Translations under genes and position numbers: made by a program
Assembly: GCA_965261595.1 (NCBI GenBank)
Contig: CBDHDG010000003.1
Coordinates: 128,001 to 192,000 of the forward strand
From: a bacterium
GTDB taxonomy: Bacteria > UBA8248 > JACPRG01 > G963555815
DNA: 64,000 nucleotides
Direction: 5' to 3'
The notes under the pieces: model-generated
Told to the model about the DNA's origin: nothing
The model's database searches: none
The model's input: the letters and a program-made list of their open reading frames with translations, nothing else
Shown: piece after piece, positions 62,113 to 64,000 of the stretch
Position numbering within the stretch: position 1 is the stretch's first letter
How the letters are laid out: each line of letters begins with the position of its first letter

Positions 62113-62480
62113 GAATCCGGGGGACACCAAACTTATTTTTGCATATGCCCCCTTTTTCGTCCTGGCTTTTGCCGTTGCAGGATACGACCCAATGCCTGTT
62201 CAAGCTTTTTCCCGACCCTTTCAAGCAGGGGCTTGACTTTCACCAGATCGTTGCCTTTGTCTGAGATATGCGCCGCTCCATGGATAAGCCCCGGGGTCCC
62301 CAGCCCGTACCGGGTTGAGCTCCACGCACCGTGTCGCTGCCAAAAGGTCTCCTGCCCGCGATTGCCCCGCTGAGTGACGGGTAAGCCTGGCGCCGCGACC
62401 CGTGCGATTCTTGCCATGCTCAGGCACTATGGCGGCGCAAACCAAAAGTCAAGAATTAAGTATGGTGTCCTTAGAATCCC
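62113..62480 (-). mobile_element. Miniature RAYT-derived element with inverted terminal motifs
   Basis: MARIARVAAPGLPVTQRGNRG, VELNPVRAG…YPWS and LGRILQRQKPGRK fragments; AAGT(A/T)TGGTGTCC motifs in inverted orientation at both ends. Confidence 0.75.
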
Positions 62481-62867
62481 CTAGAATCTCTTCCGAATCC
62501 CCCCGAATGGGGATGGAGAGGCGGACAACAGAAACCCGACCCGGCCCTGGAACGGCGAGGGCTTGATCCGGGACACCCAGTTGATGGTGTTCTTGAGCGT
62601 CCCGGGTATGGAATGGTTGTACTCGGGCGAGCCGATCATGAGGCCGTCGGCGGCCTCCAAGCGCCGCTGGAATTCGCGGGCCCCCTCGGGCACGCCCGAG
62701 GAGGCTTCCACGTTCCCGGCGTAAAGCGGCATGTCGAACTCGCCGTATTCGGCCAGATCGGCCGCCGCGCCGCCCATTTCCCGGGCGATGTCGACCGCGA
62801 TTTCATTGAGCCTTCGGTTCATGGATCTCTTGCGGACGGAAGCGGCAAAAGCGAGAACTCTAAGCAT
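62481..62867 (-). pseudogene. NADPH-dependent FMN reductase, C-terminally truncated
   Basis: ASVRKRSMN, SPEYNHSIPGTLKN, SASP..FGG, then a stop at the RAYT-element boundary. Confidence 0.8.
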
Positions 62868-62939
62868 TCCTTTCGACTCCTAAATCTCACCTGATACCAC
62901 AGAACTGACCGGATTGCTCTTCTATCCGACCGGCCCTCC

Positions 62940-63641
62940 TCACACGTCCACCCCCAGAAATCTCATCAGGATGGACCGATCGGCCCGCAGGTCGTCCGGG
63001 ACGGCCTCGTGCTGAACCTCTCCCTTCTCCATCAAGTAGATGCGGCTGGCAACGGCCAGGGCCGTCTCCACCTGCTGCTCCACCAGGAGGATCGTCATCC
63101 CGTTCCGATTCATCGACTGAATCGCCTCTTTCAGCGTTTCGATCAGGGCGGGCGCGAGGCCTTCCGTTGGCTCGTCCAGGACCAGAAGCTTCGGTCCGGT
63201 CATCAGGGCGCGCCCGATGGCCAGCATCTGTTGCTCTCCGCCGCTCAACGTGCCGCCCCACTGGCCGAAGCGCTCTTTCAACACCGGGAAATACTCAAGG
63301 ACCGATTCCAGGCGCCGCGACGGGATCCTCCCTTTCAGGACGGCCGCTTCAAGGTTCTCCCGAACGGTGAGTTTCGGAAAGATGCGCCGCCCCTGAGGTG
63401 TGTATCCGATGCCGAGGCGCGGGATCTTATGAGCGGGCAGGGCCGTCACGTCACGGTCCTCGAAGCGGATTCTCCCCGCCGCGGGCGGGACCAGTTTCAT
63501 CAGCGTCCGCAGCGTGGTGGTCTTCCCCACCCCGTTTCTCCCCAGGATACAGACCGTCTCACCCGGCGCCACGTGGAGGTTCACCCCATGCAGCACATGG
63601 CTCTTCCCGAAATAGGTGTGAATTTCCTCGAGACGAATCAT
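62940..63641 (-). CDS. livF: Branched-chain amino acid-type ABC ATPase (LivF-like)
   Basis: GRNGVGKTT, LSGGEQQMLAIGRAL, LDEPTEGLAP, LLVEQ. Confidence 0.9.
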   Translation of the reverse strand: MIRLEEIHTYFGKSHVLHGVNLHVAPGETVCILGRNGVGKTTTLRTLMKLVPPAAGRIRFEDRDVTALPAHKIPRLGIGYTPQGRRIFPKLTVRENLEAAVLKGRIPSRRLESVLEYFPVLKERFGQWGGTLSGGEQQMLAIGRALMTGPKLLVLDEPTEGLAPALIETLKEAIQSMNRNGMTILLVEQQVETALAVASRIYLMEKGEVQHEAVPDDLRADRSILMRFLGVDV

Positions 63642-64000
63642 GCGGTCCCCCGCAGGTACACGTCCTGGACCTCTTCGTTGGCGCGGATGGATTGCGTGTC
63701 CCCCTCGGCGATCTTCCGCCCTTGATGGAACACCGAAATGGTTTTCGCTACCTCCATGAGGAACTTGATGTCGTGTTCGATGAGGACGATCGTAAGGGAT
63801 TCGCCGAGCGTGCCGATGAGCGGAATGAGTTTCCGGGTCTCAGCCGCGCTCAGGCCCGCCGTGGGTTCGTCCATCAGCAGGAGCGCCGGGGCGGTGCTCA
63901 GGGCCAGTCCAATCTCCAAGAGTCTCTGATCTCCGTGCGACAGGTCGGCGGCGGGGGTTTTCCGCAGAGCGCCGAGCCCCATCCATTCCAGAATCCGGCC
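63638..64000 (-). CDS. livG: Branched-chain amino acid-type ABC ATPase (LivG-like), partial at the window edge
   Basis: LSHGDQRLLEIG, MDEPTAG, LIEHD, VQDVYL. Confidence 0.88.
   Translation of the reverse strand, partial: GRILEWMGLGALRKTPAADLSHGDQRLLEIGLALSTAPALLLMDEPTAGLSAAETRKLIPLIGTLGESLTIVLIEHDIKFLMEVAKTISVFHQGRKIAEGDTQSIRANEEVQDVYLRGTA

Overview
GC-rich bacterial chromosomal window with three zones. (1) About 1.2-35 kb is an accessory cell-surface glycosylation island next to hisF. It begins at a decayed tRNA-like att site and a transposase-less cassette bounded by 85-bp inverted repeats. It encodes NDP-sugar enzymes, GT2/GT4, four GT-C (ArnT/PMT-like) membrane proteins, SGNH hydrolases, a methyltransferase, an FGE-domain protein, DUF4330 and DUF5989. 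It is decaying through nonsense codons, deletions and nested IS elements (IS3/IS2-like, IS3/IS407-like, IS256, IS1595, IS1380 remnants). (2) About 35-55 kb is mostly intact housekeeping and catabolic genes: DUF488, a UvrD/PcrA helicase, trkAH, a class III aminotransferase, a molybdenum hydroxylase large subunit, hydantoinase/oxoprolinase A+B, a lipoprotein, an intradiol dioxygenase, a ComDE-like TPP decarboxylase, a radical SAM/SPASM protein and a multiheme cytochrome c. (3) About 55-64 kb is a second IS hotspot (two frameshifted IS256 copies, an IS2-like copy with a duplicated end, RAYT miniatures) around an NMT1/THI5-like binding protein, a truncated FMN reductase and Liv-type ABC ATPases. 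Many single-base frameshifts fall in homopolymers and may be sequencing errors. All family calls are from motif recognition by eye; no searches were run.
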